From a virus (Duplodnaviria; Caudoviricetes), in IMG/VR virus record IMGVR_UViG_3300026549_000062, positions 1-64,000 of that record: DNA of 64,000 nt; one strand, 5' to 3'. The notes below the pieces were generated by a model. It searched no databases, was not told the origin of the DNA, and saw nothing but the letters and a program-made list of their open reading frames with translations. Of the stretch, positions 9,656 to 19,141 are shown one piece after another (positions within the stretch are counted from its first letter, which is position 1; each line of letters opens with the position of its first letter). The position numbers and the translations under genes were made by a program.

Positions 9656-9860
9656 AGTGAATAGAGTTCAATCTCTATTCATTACAAATTTAAAAAAGGG
9701 TATTCCTAGTTAAAACCCTTTTCCTTCCCTTGGATAGATGATTGACACTTCTTCAAAACAAACATCCTCCAGAAAATCCAAGGTTACTTTCTAAGCCGGA
9801 AAGTGTAAAACACATGTGGCTATGGGGTGAAATATATTTTGTATATTTCACCCTTTGTTT
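9656..9860 (+). ncRNA. Structured RNA B (sRNA or leader of the RNAP beta' operon)
   Basis: Early promoter core at 9641-9653; four successive stems; terminator GGGTGAAATATA/TATATTTCACCC plus T tract; no ORF with an RBS. Confidence 0.55.
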
Positions 9861-9936
9861 TTGTTTAATCTTAAGTTTACAGATAACTTTACTGTAAACA
9901 ATGTTGTTATATATAAAGGTGGAAGGAGTATAACAC

Positions 9937-12177
9937 ATGCTGGAAAACTATCAGAATTACTATGTTTATGCAGACTTAGTAAAACAAGGACGATTATTGG
10001 TAAAAGCAGAAGATATCAATCTTCAAACTTGGGAATCCCATTATAATGGTATTTTCAATATTCTTAGAGACGGAGTAGAGACGGATTATATACAGAACAT
10101 GTTTGTTTCTGTAGACTTTGGAAATGGAGAAATTGTTGATTTAACATTACCAGATTATTACTTCAATCTCCTTATGTGGAGATTGATAGTTTATATTCCC
10201 AATAAGAAGATTGGTCCTCAGCATCTTTTGTTTAAAGACAGTATCACTGCTGGAGATATTAAGAAATATATTGATAAGTTCTTTATAATTCCAGAGAAGA
10301 ACAAACTTCCTAATATTACTCTTAATAATGTAATTGCAGATACACTGTATTATTTCATGGATATTGATCAATTTGCTATGTTCCTAGCAAATACATTGAA
10401 TCTTGAGGATTCTATTGACCTTATGGAAGCTTGCCCAGAATATGATAAGATTCTCCATTCTGATTTGAGTAACGTACCTTTAGAGAAAGTAAAGAACAAA
10501 GGTATGGAACTTGTTCATGAAGCTCAGCATTACATTATGGAATCTGAGAAATATACTGGTCATGAGCATTGCCTTCGTAACCCATTTGCTGCTAAAGAAG
10601 GAATTAATGAACGTCAATATAAAGACAATAGTATCAATATCGGTACAAAACCAGATGGTCAAGGTTCTGTTTATCATGACATGATTAATCAGTCTTATAT
10701 CACTGGTGGTCTTAATAAACTTATTTATCAGTATATTGATGATGCATCTGCTCGTGTTGCTCAGATTATCTCTAAGAAGAACGTCGGTGATTCTGGCGGA
10801 TTCTCTCGTATTCTTGGTCTTAATAATGTAATCTCATTCTTAAATCCAGATCTTGATTATGATTGCGGAACTAATAATCTAATTCCACAATTCATTCCAA
10901 ACAAAGATATTCTTTCTATGCTTGAGGGAAGATATTATAAACTTAATTATAATAGTAATCTTAGAAAGATTGGTCCTAATGACTCCTTCCTTATTGGACA
11001 AACAATTCTTTTAAGATCTCCTATTACTTGTGCTAGTGCAGCAGCAGGTCATGGTGTATGCCATCATTGCTATGGTGATCTTGCATATACCAATACTGAT
11101 ATCAATATTGGTCGTATTGCTACAGAAATTATTACGTCTCAGTATACACAGATGCGTCTATCTGCTAAGCATCTTCTTGAAGCTAAGCTTAAAGAGATTC
11201 TCTGGGTTAATGAATTCTATAACTTCTTTAGAATTGATATCAATACTATCAATCTTAGAGATGATCTTGATATGAAGACATTTAAAGGTTGGAAGTTTGT
11301 ATTCAATTTTGATGATATTCAGTTAGAGAATGATGATGATTTCTTCCAACACAAGTTCTATATGGGAGATATGTATTCTGATACAGATGAAACCCCACTG
11401 TATAATGAATATATTAATGAATTCAAAGTAGTAGATCCAGATGGTAATGAATATAAGATTGATGCTGATATTGATGGTGAAGATGGGGTTAAAGCCAAAC
11501 TATTCATCACAGCTAGTCTGAGTAAGCTTATTAGAGAACATATCTCTATTGATGATGAATCTGATGATATTATTATTAATCTTACTGAACTTGATAAAAT
11601 TCCTATCTTTCTAGTTAAGATGGAGAACAATGATCTCGGTAAATCTCTTGATGAATTCAATGAGCTTATCAATAAGAAAGCTGTAACCAAACAGTTCAAT
11701 ATTCCAGAACTTCTACAGAAGATTCAACTTAATACCAAAAAGGGTGGAATTCATTGTACTTCTGTACATCTTGAAATCATCCTTATGAATCAGGTTAGAT
11801 CTGCTAAGAATAGACTTATGATGCCTAATTGGAGAAACTATAATGAACCATATGAAGTTCTAACTCTTAATGAGGCACTTACTGACAATCCATCTATTAT
11901 TATTTCTACTACATATAGAAAACTAGCTAAGGCACTTAACTATCCACTTAGTTTCGAGAAATGCGCTCCATCCATCTTTGATCTATTCTTTATGAGAAAA
12001 CCAAAGAAATTTATTAATGTTGACCATGAAGTTCTTGATATTCCAAATCAGTCTTCCCAGAAACCATTTACTTCTCCAGTAGTGTATTTCCATGATCATT
12101 CTGGAAAGAGACCTCTTAATATTAGAGAAGCTGTAAAGAACCTAGACAAATCTCCTAAAACAAGACTAGATGATTAA
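9937..12177 (+). CDS. rpoC: Multisubunit RNA polymerase beta' C-terminal subunit (probably non-virion RNAP)
   Basis: Bridge helix SKKNVGDSGGFSRILG, DCGT, zinc site RSPITC...GVCHHCYG, trigger loop NIGRIATEIITSQYTQMRLSAKH; carries the far C-terminus (HLEIILMNQVR). Confidence 0.9.
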   Translation: MLENYQNYYVYADLVKQGRLLVKAEDINLQTWESHYNGIFNILRDGVETDYIQNMFVSVDFGNGEIVDLTLPDYYFNLLMWRLIVYIPNKKIGPQHLLFKDSITAGDIKKYIDKFFIIPEKNKLPNITLNNVIADTLYYFMDIDQFAMFLANTLNLEDSIDLMEACPEYDKILHSDLSNVPLEKVKNKGMELVHEAQHYIMESEKYTGHEHCLRNPFAAKEGINERQYKDNSINIGTKPDGQGSVYHDMINQSYITGGLNKLIYQYIDDASARVAQIISKKNVGDSGGFSRILGLNNVISFLNPDLDYDCGTNNLIPQFIPNKDILSMLEGRYYKLNYNSNLRKIGPNDSFLIGQTILLRSPITCASAAAGHGVCHHCYGDLAYTNTDINIGRIATEIITSQYTQMRLSAKHLLEAKLKEILWVNEFYNFFRIDINTINLRDDLDMKTFKGWKFVFNFDDIQLENDDDFFQHKFYMGDMYSDTDETPLYNEYINEFKVVDPDGNEYKIDADIDGEDGVKAKLFITASLSKLIREHISIDDESDDIIINLTELDKIPIFLVKMENNDLGKSLDEFNELINKKAVTKQFNIPELLQKIQLNTKKGGIHCTSVHLEIILMNQVRSAKNRLMMPNWRNYNEPYEVLTLNEALTDNPSIIISTTYRKLAKALNYPLSFEKCAPSIFDLFFMRKPKKFINVDHEVLDIPNQSSQKPFTSPVVYFHDHSGKRPLNIREAVKNLDKSPKTRLDD

Positions 12178-12230
12178 AATTCTGGAGTATGGGAATTTCC
12201 CATACTCCTTTATATTTAAGGAGGATAAAT

Positions 12231-13001
12231 ATGTATTCACTAACTACATCTGCTCATCTATTAAATTTCTTTAATATAAATGATAAAGACTTAAACTATC
12301 TTCATGAGATATTTGATGAACCATATAATCAATCAATTTTTAGGGATATTGTTTATGTAACTAGTGATATTGATATAAGATTTGCATTAGGATCTAGCGA
12401 ATCAGCTAAACCAAAAATTATAAAAGCATTACTATTAGACTTATATATCATCAGGAATGAAGTTCCAGATTATGATTTCTTTAATTGTATGAAGGATTAT
12501 ATTCCTGATGTAATTAATCAACTTAGTGAACTTCCTAATGATGATACATTTATGGAAGCATATGGAAAGTACATTAAATCTAATAAAAAAGAATGGTCTA
12601 CATACAATAAACTATATAACATGGATTTTGTTATGGTATGTTATGATTATAACAAATTTATATTTGTTGACGATATTGAATCTCAATTATTTGGTGCTTG
12701 TATAATTGGATTTAAATGGGTAGCACCTGATAGTATTCTTATTATGTGCTCTTCTAAAGAAACTCCTGTTTATATTACTAAATTCATTTGGGATATATTA
12801 GATACTATTTCTAGATTAGATAAAAACCATGATGTTAGAGTAAATTATCATTCTTGTACTTTAGATAAAAAGAATGCTTCATATAAAGTAGTTACTAGAA
12901 ATGCTGTTAATGAGTGTAACCTTGATAGTGATACTTTAAAAGAAAGTGTATATAATTTTATTTTAGAGAGGTATAACCTATGTATGGGCCTGTTGAAATA
13001 A
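12231..13001 (+). CDS. Hypothetical protein
   Basis: AAGGAGG RBS before ATG 12231; the upstream in-frame part of the track ORF overlaps a terminator. Confidence 0.8.
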   Translation: MYSLTTSAHLLNFFNINDKDLNYLHEIFDEPYNQSIFRDIVYVTSDIDIRFALGSSESAKPKIIKALLLDLYIIRNEVPDYDFFNCMKDYIPDVINQLSELPNDDTFMEAYGKYIKSNKKEWSTYNKLYNMDFVMVCYDYNKFIFVDDIESQLFGACIIGFKWVAPDSILIMCSSKETPVYITKFIWDILDTISRLDKNHDVRVNYHSCTLDKKNASYKVVTRNAVNECNLDSDTLKESVYNFILERYNLCMGLLK

Positions 13002-14548
13002 GATATTCGTGTATTATAATTCATAATTACAATCCTGGTGATAATGAGAGATTAGAAAGAATGTTTTCAATATATGATCCTCTATATCATCAGGTTTATA
13101 TTAAGATTTTAAGATATGATGCAGAAAAGAAAGATCTATATATCCCTGCAGGTGTAGCATTATTTAATATTATAGATTCTTTCGATTCTTCTAGATTAAT
13201 AGAAAAGGGATCTCCAGATCCATATGATGATATTGGTACAGTAAGAATCAAATACAAACCGAGAGATGAAGAACAAGCAAAAGCTATCAGATTCTGTCTT
13301 GGTTTGGGAGAGTTTACTAATAATAGGGGAGCCTCTCAGATTAGTTTGAATCTAAATACAGGTAAAGGAAAGACGTATATCGCTATATACGTATTCTCTG
13401 TATATAGAATGAGAACTATGATGATTACTTCATCTATAGATTGGCTAGTACAATGGGAAAATAAGATACTAGAATATACAGATCTTAAGAAAGATGAAAT
13501 CTATATTATTTCTGGTGCTAATTCCATTGCTAAACTTAAGATAGGATTGAAAGATCCTAAAAAGATTAGATTTTATCTATGCTCTCATAGTACACTGGAA
13601 GCATATGCTAAGAAGAATGGATGGGAAGCTATAAGAGAATTATTCCAGTTCTTAAGAATTGGTATTAAGATATTCGATGAAGCACACCTATTCTTTGATA
13701 ATATCTGTAATATAGATTATTCTACTAATTGTTGGAAAACATATTATCTTACAGCAACCCCAATGAAGTCTGATAGAAAAGAAGACTATATTTATCAGAA
13801 TTCATTTAGAACTATTCCTAAGATAGATTTGTTCAATGAGAATACAGATCCTCATACTGCTTATACTGCTATATTGTTTAACTCACATCCATCTCCTGTT
13901 GATATTAACCATTGCCAGAATCCATATGGATTCTCTAGATTAGGATATATAGAATACTTTGTTCAAAGACCAGCTTATACTAAGATGCTTATTATCATAA
14001 TGGATAAGATTCTAAAAGAAACTTCTCCAATGGGTAAAGTATTAATTTATATAGGAACAAACAATGCTATACTAATTACTTATAGATGGATGAAATATTT
14101 CTATCCAAATATTCCAATTGGTATATTCACATCTATAGTTCCTAAAGAGAGAAAACAATTAGAGTTAAATAATAAGATTATACTCACAACTACTAAGTCT
14201 GCTGGTGCTGCATTAGATATCCAAGGATTGGAGAAGACTATAGTCTTTAATGAACCATTTAATTCTAAAGTAATTGCTAGACAGACTCTTGGTAGAACAA
14301 GATCTGATAATACTGAATATATTGAATTAGTAGACGTTGGATTTAATACTCTTATAAGATATTATAGAAACAAAGTAAGAAATGTATATATGAAATATGC
14401 TACCTCATGTAATGAGATTAAGATGAATGATAGATATATAGACGATGCTATAACATCTATCTGGGGTCAAAGAACAGTTAATATTAAACAACAAATGACT
14501 GAAAATAAAAATTTAAAACAAGTTGCTTATATAGAAAAGAGAGACTAA
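12980..14548 (+). CDS. Superfamily 2 (UvsW/Rad25-like) helicase
   Basis: Walker A TGKGKT, DEAH, LTATP, motif VI QTLGRTR. Confidence 0.9.
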   Translation: MYGPVEIRYSCIIIHNYNPGDNERLERMFSIYDPLYHQVYIKILRYDAEKKDLYIPAGVALFNIIDSFDSSRLIEKGSPDPYDDIGTVRIKYKPRDEEQAKAIRFCLGLGEFTNNRGASQISLNLNTGKGKTYIAIYVFSVYRMRTMMITSSIDWLVQWENKILEYTDLKKDEIYIISGANSIAKLKIGLKDPKKIRFYLCSHSTLEAYAKKNGWEAIRELFQFLRIGIKIFDEAHLFFDNICNIDYSTNCWKTYYLTATPMKSDRKEDYIYQNSFRTIPKIDLFNENTDPHTAYTAILFNSHPSPVDINHCQNPYGFSRLGYIEYFVQRPAYTKMLIIIMDKILKETSPMGKVLIYIGTNNAILITYRWMKYFYPNIPIGIFTSIVPKERKQLELNNKIILTTTKSAGAALDIQGLEKTIVFNEPFNSKVIARQTLGRTRSDNTEYIELVDVGFNTLIRYYRNKVRNVYMKYATSCNEIKMNDRYIDDAITSIWGQRTVNIKQQMTENKNLKQVAYIEKRD

Positions 14549-14663
14549 TTAGGAGAAGCCTTAATTGGCTTCTCCTAATTTTTTGTAAAAGTTGTATTTT
14601 TTAATGACGTAATATAGCAGTGAAGAAGTGAATATTCCAGCAACTTTAAGGAGGTTGTTTATC

Positions 14664-14825
14664 ATGGAAGAAACTATCTGGAAAGAAACGTACAAATCTC
14701 TTATAAAAGACCATACGAAAGAAGAACTGATCGCATCGTATTGGTTCATCCGTCAGAATTGCCCTGGAGTGAATGACGGCCATACGGAAGCTATGCTCTT
14801 GGACGCAATCCGCAACAAACACTAA
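14664..14825 (+). CDS. Small early protein
   Basis: Early promoter 14584-14622; AAGGAGG RBS; terminator at ~14850-14897. Confidence 0.7.
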   Translation: MEETIWKETYKSLIKDHTKEELIASYWFIRQNCPGVNDGHTEAMLLDAIRNKH

Positions 14826-14950
14826 ACACTTTACCCTGGTAAATCCAGGAAGAAATAAATCACATTCCCAAGGAAGAGTGTGGTTTATTTCTTTTTGTAA
14901 TTGTAATATATTTTATTTACATACTATAGTAGTGAAGGAGTATGATTATC

Positions 14951-15070
14951 ATGAAAGATATTTTAATCCTCATGGCCAAAGTTTCTGGATTGACTTTTGT
15001 AGGAAATTTGCTTATAAAATCTCTGGAAACAAAAGTCGAAAAACTCTCTTCAAAGAAGGGAGGGAAATAA
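14951..15070 (+). CDS. Small early peptide (39 aa)
   Basis: MKDILILMAKVSGLTFVGNLLIKSLETKVEKLSSKKGGK; AAGGAG RBS after the early promoter at 14916. Confidence 0.55.
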   Translation: MKDILILMAKVSGLTFVGNLLIKSLETKVEKLSSKKGGK

Positions 15071-15072
15071 TT

Positions 15073-15177
15073 ATGTGGTTACTTATTAAAGAATTTGCAG
15101 GAGCAGCCTGCGGAGTGGGAATTGTACTTGTATTGTATTATGCTTGGGAATTTATCAAATATCTTCTTGGATTTTGA
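15073..15177 (+). CDS. Small hydrophobic peptide (34 aa)
   Basis: MWLLIKEFAGAACGVGIVLVLYYAWEFIKYLLGF; GGAGG RBS overlaps the previous ORF end; terminator follows. Confidence 0.6.
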   Translation: MWLLIKEFAGAACGVGIVLVLYYAWEFIKYLLGF

Positions 15178-15239
15178 AACTTCTCAAGCAAACATGGGAA
15201 TGCCTTGGGGTAACTCACCCCAAGGCATTTTTGTATTAA

Positions 15240-17657
15240 TTAGAATCCACCTTGTGGTTGCATACCATTCATTTGATCCTGAGATTGGCTACCTCTCATT
15301 TCAGCCAATTCTATCTTAGCCTCATCAGCCATCTTATCTATTTCTTCCATAGGTAAGAATGACTTAAAGTAGTATTTCATTAATTTTCCTATAAATACAG
15401 ACTTGAGTTGTTCGTCTTGTTCTCCGCCCATTTTCATCTGTACTATATTCTGTATTAATTCGTTAGCAACTGTTAGTATCTGAGATGTATTAGTAAAGTT
15501 AAGCATTACTGGAGGTGGTAGATTAACCTCTAGATCATCTTCTACACCATATTCACATTGATAAATTTTTGTAAATATCTCAGACAGTATATCTGCATAT
15601 TGTTGTTGTCTAGCAAATATTTTTACCAAGAATCTAGCATTAGTCATTGTAATATGAGTAGCAGTTTGTTCTTGATCTCTACTATTAACCATTTCTAGAG
15701 ATACACCTGTTTGACTAACAGCCATTTCTTCTAGCATATTCATGAACTCTGTTTTTACTTCTACATTCTGTCCTGGCATAATCTCAAAATTAACTGGAGA
15801 TTCACCATTAGCATTCTGTGGGATAACAAGATCGTTGAATCTGCCCGTTATATTAAGAATATTGTTCATATTCTCAATCTGTCTAAGATTAAAGTTTGAT
15901 TGCTTAATCTGATTAATAACGTTTAGCAGTACCGCTTGTATATTTGTATCTGCTGCTGAATTTCTAACATGATAAACTCTCTTATCATATCCTCTTGTAA
16001 GAAGTGCTATTTCATTAGAAATATATAAACAGCTAAGAAGTTTAGCAGGGAATAAAGAACGCTTTAGGTCAGATTCTCCTCTATGGGTTTTCTCATTTAG
16101 ACTAAAATAACTATGAACTATATCTTCTGGAGGTATAAAGCTTACTCTAATCTTAGATACTTTTCCACTACCATGTTCAGAATTATATTTTAATATACCA
16201 TAAATTTCTTTTGCTAGATCCTGATTAGCATTAACAAAAGTAGCATCTATTTTCTGGGATATCTGTTTTGCTATCTTTATTAATACATCATTATCCTGAT
16301 CTGTTCTATTCATATTCTCTCTAGCTCTTGTGCTTCTTCTAGGTCTTAAACCTCCAAGTGTGCTAGAGAATGTAGTCTGTACGTCCATATCCATGTTTCT
16401 ATTGCATTCTATATAATAATATCCTAAGCAGATGTCTTTTATATAGATTGGCTTAACCATAGTATGGTCTAATACTTCAACTACACAGCCAGGAATATTT
16501 ATCTGTTGTTGATCATCTTGTTTCTTTTTATCTACGAATCCATCTGTTGCTAAATTTGTAGGGGACTTTAAAGTACCTCCTTTAGCAAAGCTAGAAAATT
16601 CTTTTCTTCTAGCATTAAAATAATCTCTATTAGTAAGATTAGTCTCTCGTGGATAAAGCCCATCCGCCTCAACTAAGGATGCTGTTTCTTTCATAATGCG
16701 TTCTATTTTAGCCATCCTCTGGAGGACCCCTGGTATAACTCCAGTTTTGTTTAATTCTACACTTATAGAATCATAATCATTATTATTTGCAAGATTAATT
16801 GTAGATGAATTTTCTTCATTTAAACAATATACATTCTCATTTAAACCTATAATATCATTTACATCTTTTTCTGTATATTTAAAATCAAGTGTTTCATTTA
16901 CTGAAGCTAATTCTGTATCTATAGCTTCTTCATTTAATATACCATCTTCTGATAGTAAATCACTATTCTGACCTTTATTAAGCAATCTTCCTAATGCTTT
17001 ATTATAGGCTACTATATAAATGAATTGTTCACCATATTTTGCTGTCTTTTCATATATAGAATGAGCAAGTTCTATTAGATGATATTTCTTTTTAAACGAA
17101 TCTATATCACTCTTAGCAGCATATTGATTTGTTTGATTATCATTTGTATTGTTTCCATTTGAAGTAGCATTAGTAATCTGATTAATTTCTAGATTATCAT
17201 TTTTCTTGTTAAAATGATCTGCACAGAGAACATGATCTGTTTTAATATCTAATGCAGCTGCTAGTTTAGGAACGTACTTACATACTACATCTATTTCTCT
17301 ATCTATATCTCTCTGTATTGCATTTTGAGAATACATATCCATTATATCGGATAGCATTGATTCATCTTGCAATATAGATTTGAACTCTTTCATCATTTCA
17401 TTATCATTAGTAGCAAGAGTTCTAGCATATAGCTGAGATATATTATTACCATTGTTTCTCAATTTAGTTCTATCTATAAGACCTGATAGATCTTTGTCCA
17501 TATTACGTCTTATAGAGTCTATGTATTTAGCATTTTTATTATCTGTATAATATGTTTTCTTATATGCATTATCTACATCTGTCTGTATCTTTTGAGCTAT
17601 CTTTTTATTTAAGGAAGGATCTAAGAATGATAGATCTTCTTTATTATCACGGGCCAA
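15240..17657 (-). CDS. Portal vertex protein, T4 gp20-like
   Basis: PEDIVH, GESDLKRSLFPAKLL...ALLTRGYDKRVYHV, DLVIPQNANGESPVNFEIMPGQN match gp20 segments; TTG start; late motif at 17687-17698. Confidence 0.85.
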   Translation of the reverse strand: MARDNKEDLSFLDPSLNKKIAQKIQTDVDNAYKKTYYTDNKNAKYIDSIRRNMDKDLSGLIDRTKLRNNGNNISQLYARTLATNDNEMMKEFKSILQDESMLSDIMDMYSQNAIQRDIDREIDVVCKYVPKLAAALDIKTDHVLCADHFNKKNDNLEINQITNATSNGNNTNDNQTNQYAAKSDIDSFKKKYHLIELAHSIYEKTAKYGEQFIYIVAYNKALGRLLNKGQNSDLLSEDGILNEEAIDTELASVNETLDFKYTEKDVNDIIGLNENVYCLNEENSSTINLANNNDYDSISVELNKTGVIPGVLQRMAKIERIMKETASLVEADGLYPRETNLTNRDYFNARRKEFSSFAKGGTLKSPTNLATDGFVDKKKQDDQQQINIPGCVVEVLDHTMVKPIYIKDICLGYYYIECNRNMDMDVQTTFSSTLGGLRPRRSTRARENMNRTDQDNDVLIKIAKQISQKIDATFVNANQDLAKEIYGILKYNSEHGSGKVSKIRVSFIPPEDIVHSYFSLNEKTHRGESDLKRSLFPAKLLSCLYISNEIALLTRGYDKRVYHVRNSAADTNIQAVLLNVINQIKQSNFNLRQIENMNNILNITGRFNDLVIPQNANGESPVNFEIMPGQNVEVKTEFMNMLEEMAVSQTGVSLEMVNSRDQEQTATHITMTNARFLVKIFARQQQYADILSEIFTKIYQCEYGVEDDLEVNLPPPVMLNFTNTSQILTVANELIQNIVQMKMGGEQDEQLKSVFIGKLMKYYFKSFLPMEEIDKMADEAKIELAEMRGSQSQDQMNGMQPQGGF

Positions 17658-17717
17658 AATAGTATCCTCCTTTAAATTAACTGAATTATGGGTATGTCTC
17701 CAGATATAAACAATAAA

Positions 17718-17741
17718 GACCTAGCTCAAATGAGCTAGGTC
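17718..17741. terminator. Intergenic hairpin/terminator
   Basis: GACCTAGCTCA-aa-TGAGCTAGGTC. Confidence 0.65.
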
Positions 17742-17787
17742 TATTAATGTGTGTAAAAGTATAAAATTTGAATTATATATTATTGGT

Positions 17788-18095
17788 ATGATGTAGAAGA
17801 GAGATAATCGAAACACGTATTGATCGTCGTAAGATATGATGTTTCAGAAAGGAAGGTGATAGTATGATCTATCATAATTTTAAGGGAAGAAATCACCCTT
17901 ACAACGGTATGAACTATACTATTGGCTATGGTACCAACAACCTCGGTCAAAAAGTAACGTATATCGTTACAAAAAAACGGGATTAAATCTGTAAGGATTT
18001 AATTACCTAGCCACGTTCAACTCTCTATATGATTATGCTAAGCAGATAATTATATAATAATACAAACCTGCTGTATCTCTTCTACATCATTTTTA
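17788..18095 (+). ncRNA. End-paired RNA C containing a small ORF
   Basis: Perfect 17 bp inverted repeat 17788-17804/18074-18090 directly after an early promoter and followed by a T run. Confidence 0.65.
17864..17986 (+). CDS. Small basic peptide (40 aa) inside RNA C
   Basis: GGAAGGTGA RBS; MIYHNFKGRNHPYNGMNYTIGYGTNNLGQKVTYIVTKKRD; N-terminus matches the peptide at 62111. Confidence 0.65.
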   Translation: MIYHNFKGRNHPYNGMNYTIGYGTNNLGQKVTYIVTKKRD

Positions 18096-18173
18096 TGTTA
18101 TTTATTTTTTACAAAATTAATAAACCAGAGCCCATTACAGACTCTGGTAATAGATTTGAACTTGATATAAAAA

Positions 18174-19121
18174 TTAGCGTGAAACATTACCGCCGTTCTT
18201 GGAGAAGTTAGCAGCAAGAGGACTACTGATATTCTTACCAGCGGAGTTAGCAGCTTCAACTTCATCGACCGTCTTCTCATTGTCACCAAGGATCTGATAG
18301 CCGAATTCCATTTCATCAAAGCAGGTGTTTTCATTGATATACTCAAGGAAGTCACATGCTTTGCTGTTAACAATTTTACCAGAAATAGGAATACCATTGT
18401 ACTGGACAGCCATTTCATTGAAGCCAATTTCACCACGGGTAACGTTGTAGATACTCGTATTAGCAAGAGATGGCTGGCAAGATGCAAGGATATATGCCTT
18501 TTCAACATTAAGAGCTGTATTGTCTGTGACAATAAGCAGATAATGGAAAATTTCGTACTGGTAACCCTTATCGTTCATAAGGTTATTAGAAGAACTATTC
18601 GAGGTTTCTTGTGTATTGCCACGAGAGGTAAGTCTACCACGAAGAAGGCCATTGTATCTCTTAACCTGCGTACGTGGATCTTTGATACCACGAAGGAAGA
18701 GTTCATGTGTCTTTGTAATGATAGAACCAGAACGCTCGAAGTAGTTCATCGTAAACGAAGAACCACCCTGCTCTGTAACTCTCGTAATAATATTAAGGTC
18801 AGTAATACCATTTGAAAGTGGAGAAGTTTCTGACGTAATATCTTCAATACCCTGAGCACCACGGAACTCATACTCTATGATATGACGATAGTTATCAATT
18901 AGAGTCTTATAACCACCAGTTTCCTGAGACATGCTGCAAAGCTTATCAAGGAACGTTGGAATCTGGAGACAAATAAGGAAGCTATAACCAGTTTCGTACA
19001 GATCAAACTGAGCAAGGTTAGTGTAATCTGTAACACCACGGAAGAGTGTATACTGCGTAACCGGTGTAGGAGCTAGCGTATCTTGGAAGATGTTGTCAAC
19101 TGTTTCGCCGTTATTAGTCAT
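18174..19121 (-). CDS. Tail tube protein (gp19-like)
   Basis: 315 aa beta-rich ORF immediately downstream of the sheath gene in a late operon. Confidence 0.75.
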   Translation of the reverse strand: MTNNGETVDNIFQDTLAPTPVTQYTLFRGVTDYTNLAQFDLYETGYSFLICLQIPTFLDKLCSMSQETGGYKTLIDNYRHIIEYEFRGAQGIEDITSETSPLSNGITDLNIITRVTEQGGSSFTMNYFERSGSIITKTHELFLRGIKDPRTQVKRYNGLLRGRLTSRGNTQETSNSSSNNLMNDKGYQYEIFHYLLIVTDNTALNVEKAYILASCQPSLANTSIYNVTRGEIGFNEMAVQYNGIPISGKIVNSKACDFLEYINENTCFDEMEFGYQILGDNEKTVDEVEAANSAGKNISSPLAANFSKNGGNVSR

Positions 19122-19141
19122 TTCTAATCACACCCTCCCTA

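Noticed and set aside
17788-18090. MITE/IS with terminal inverted repeats (also 62075-62376 and 22181-22414)
   Set aside because: The repeats differ between loci, there are no target-site duplications or transposase, each starts exactly at a promoter, and pairing extends via G-U or bulges, which favours RNA-level pairing
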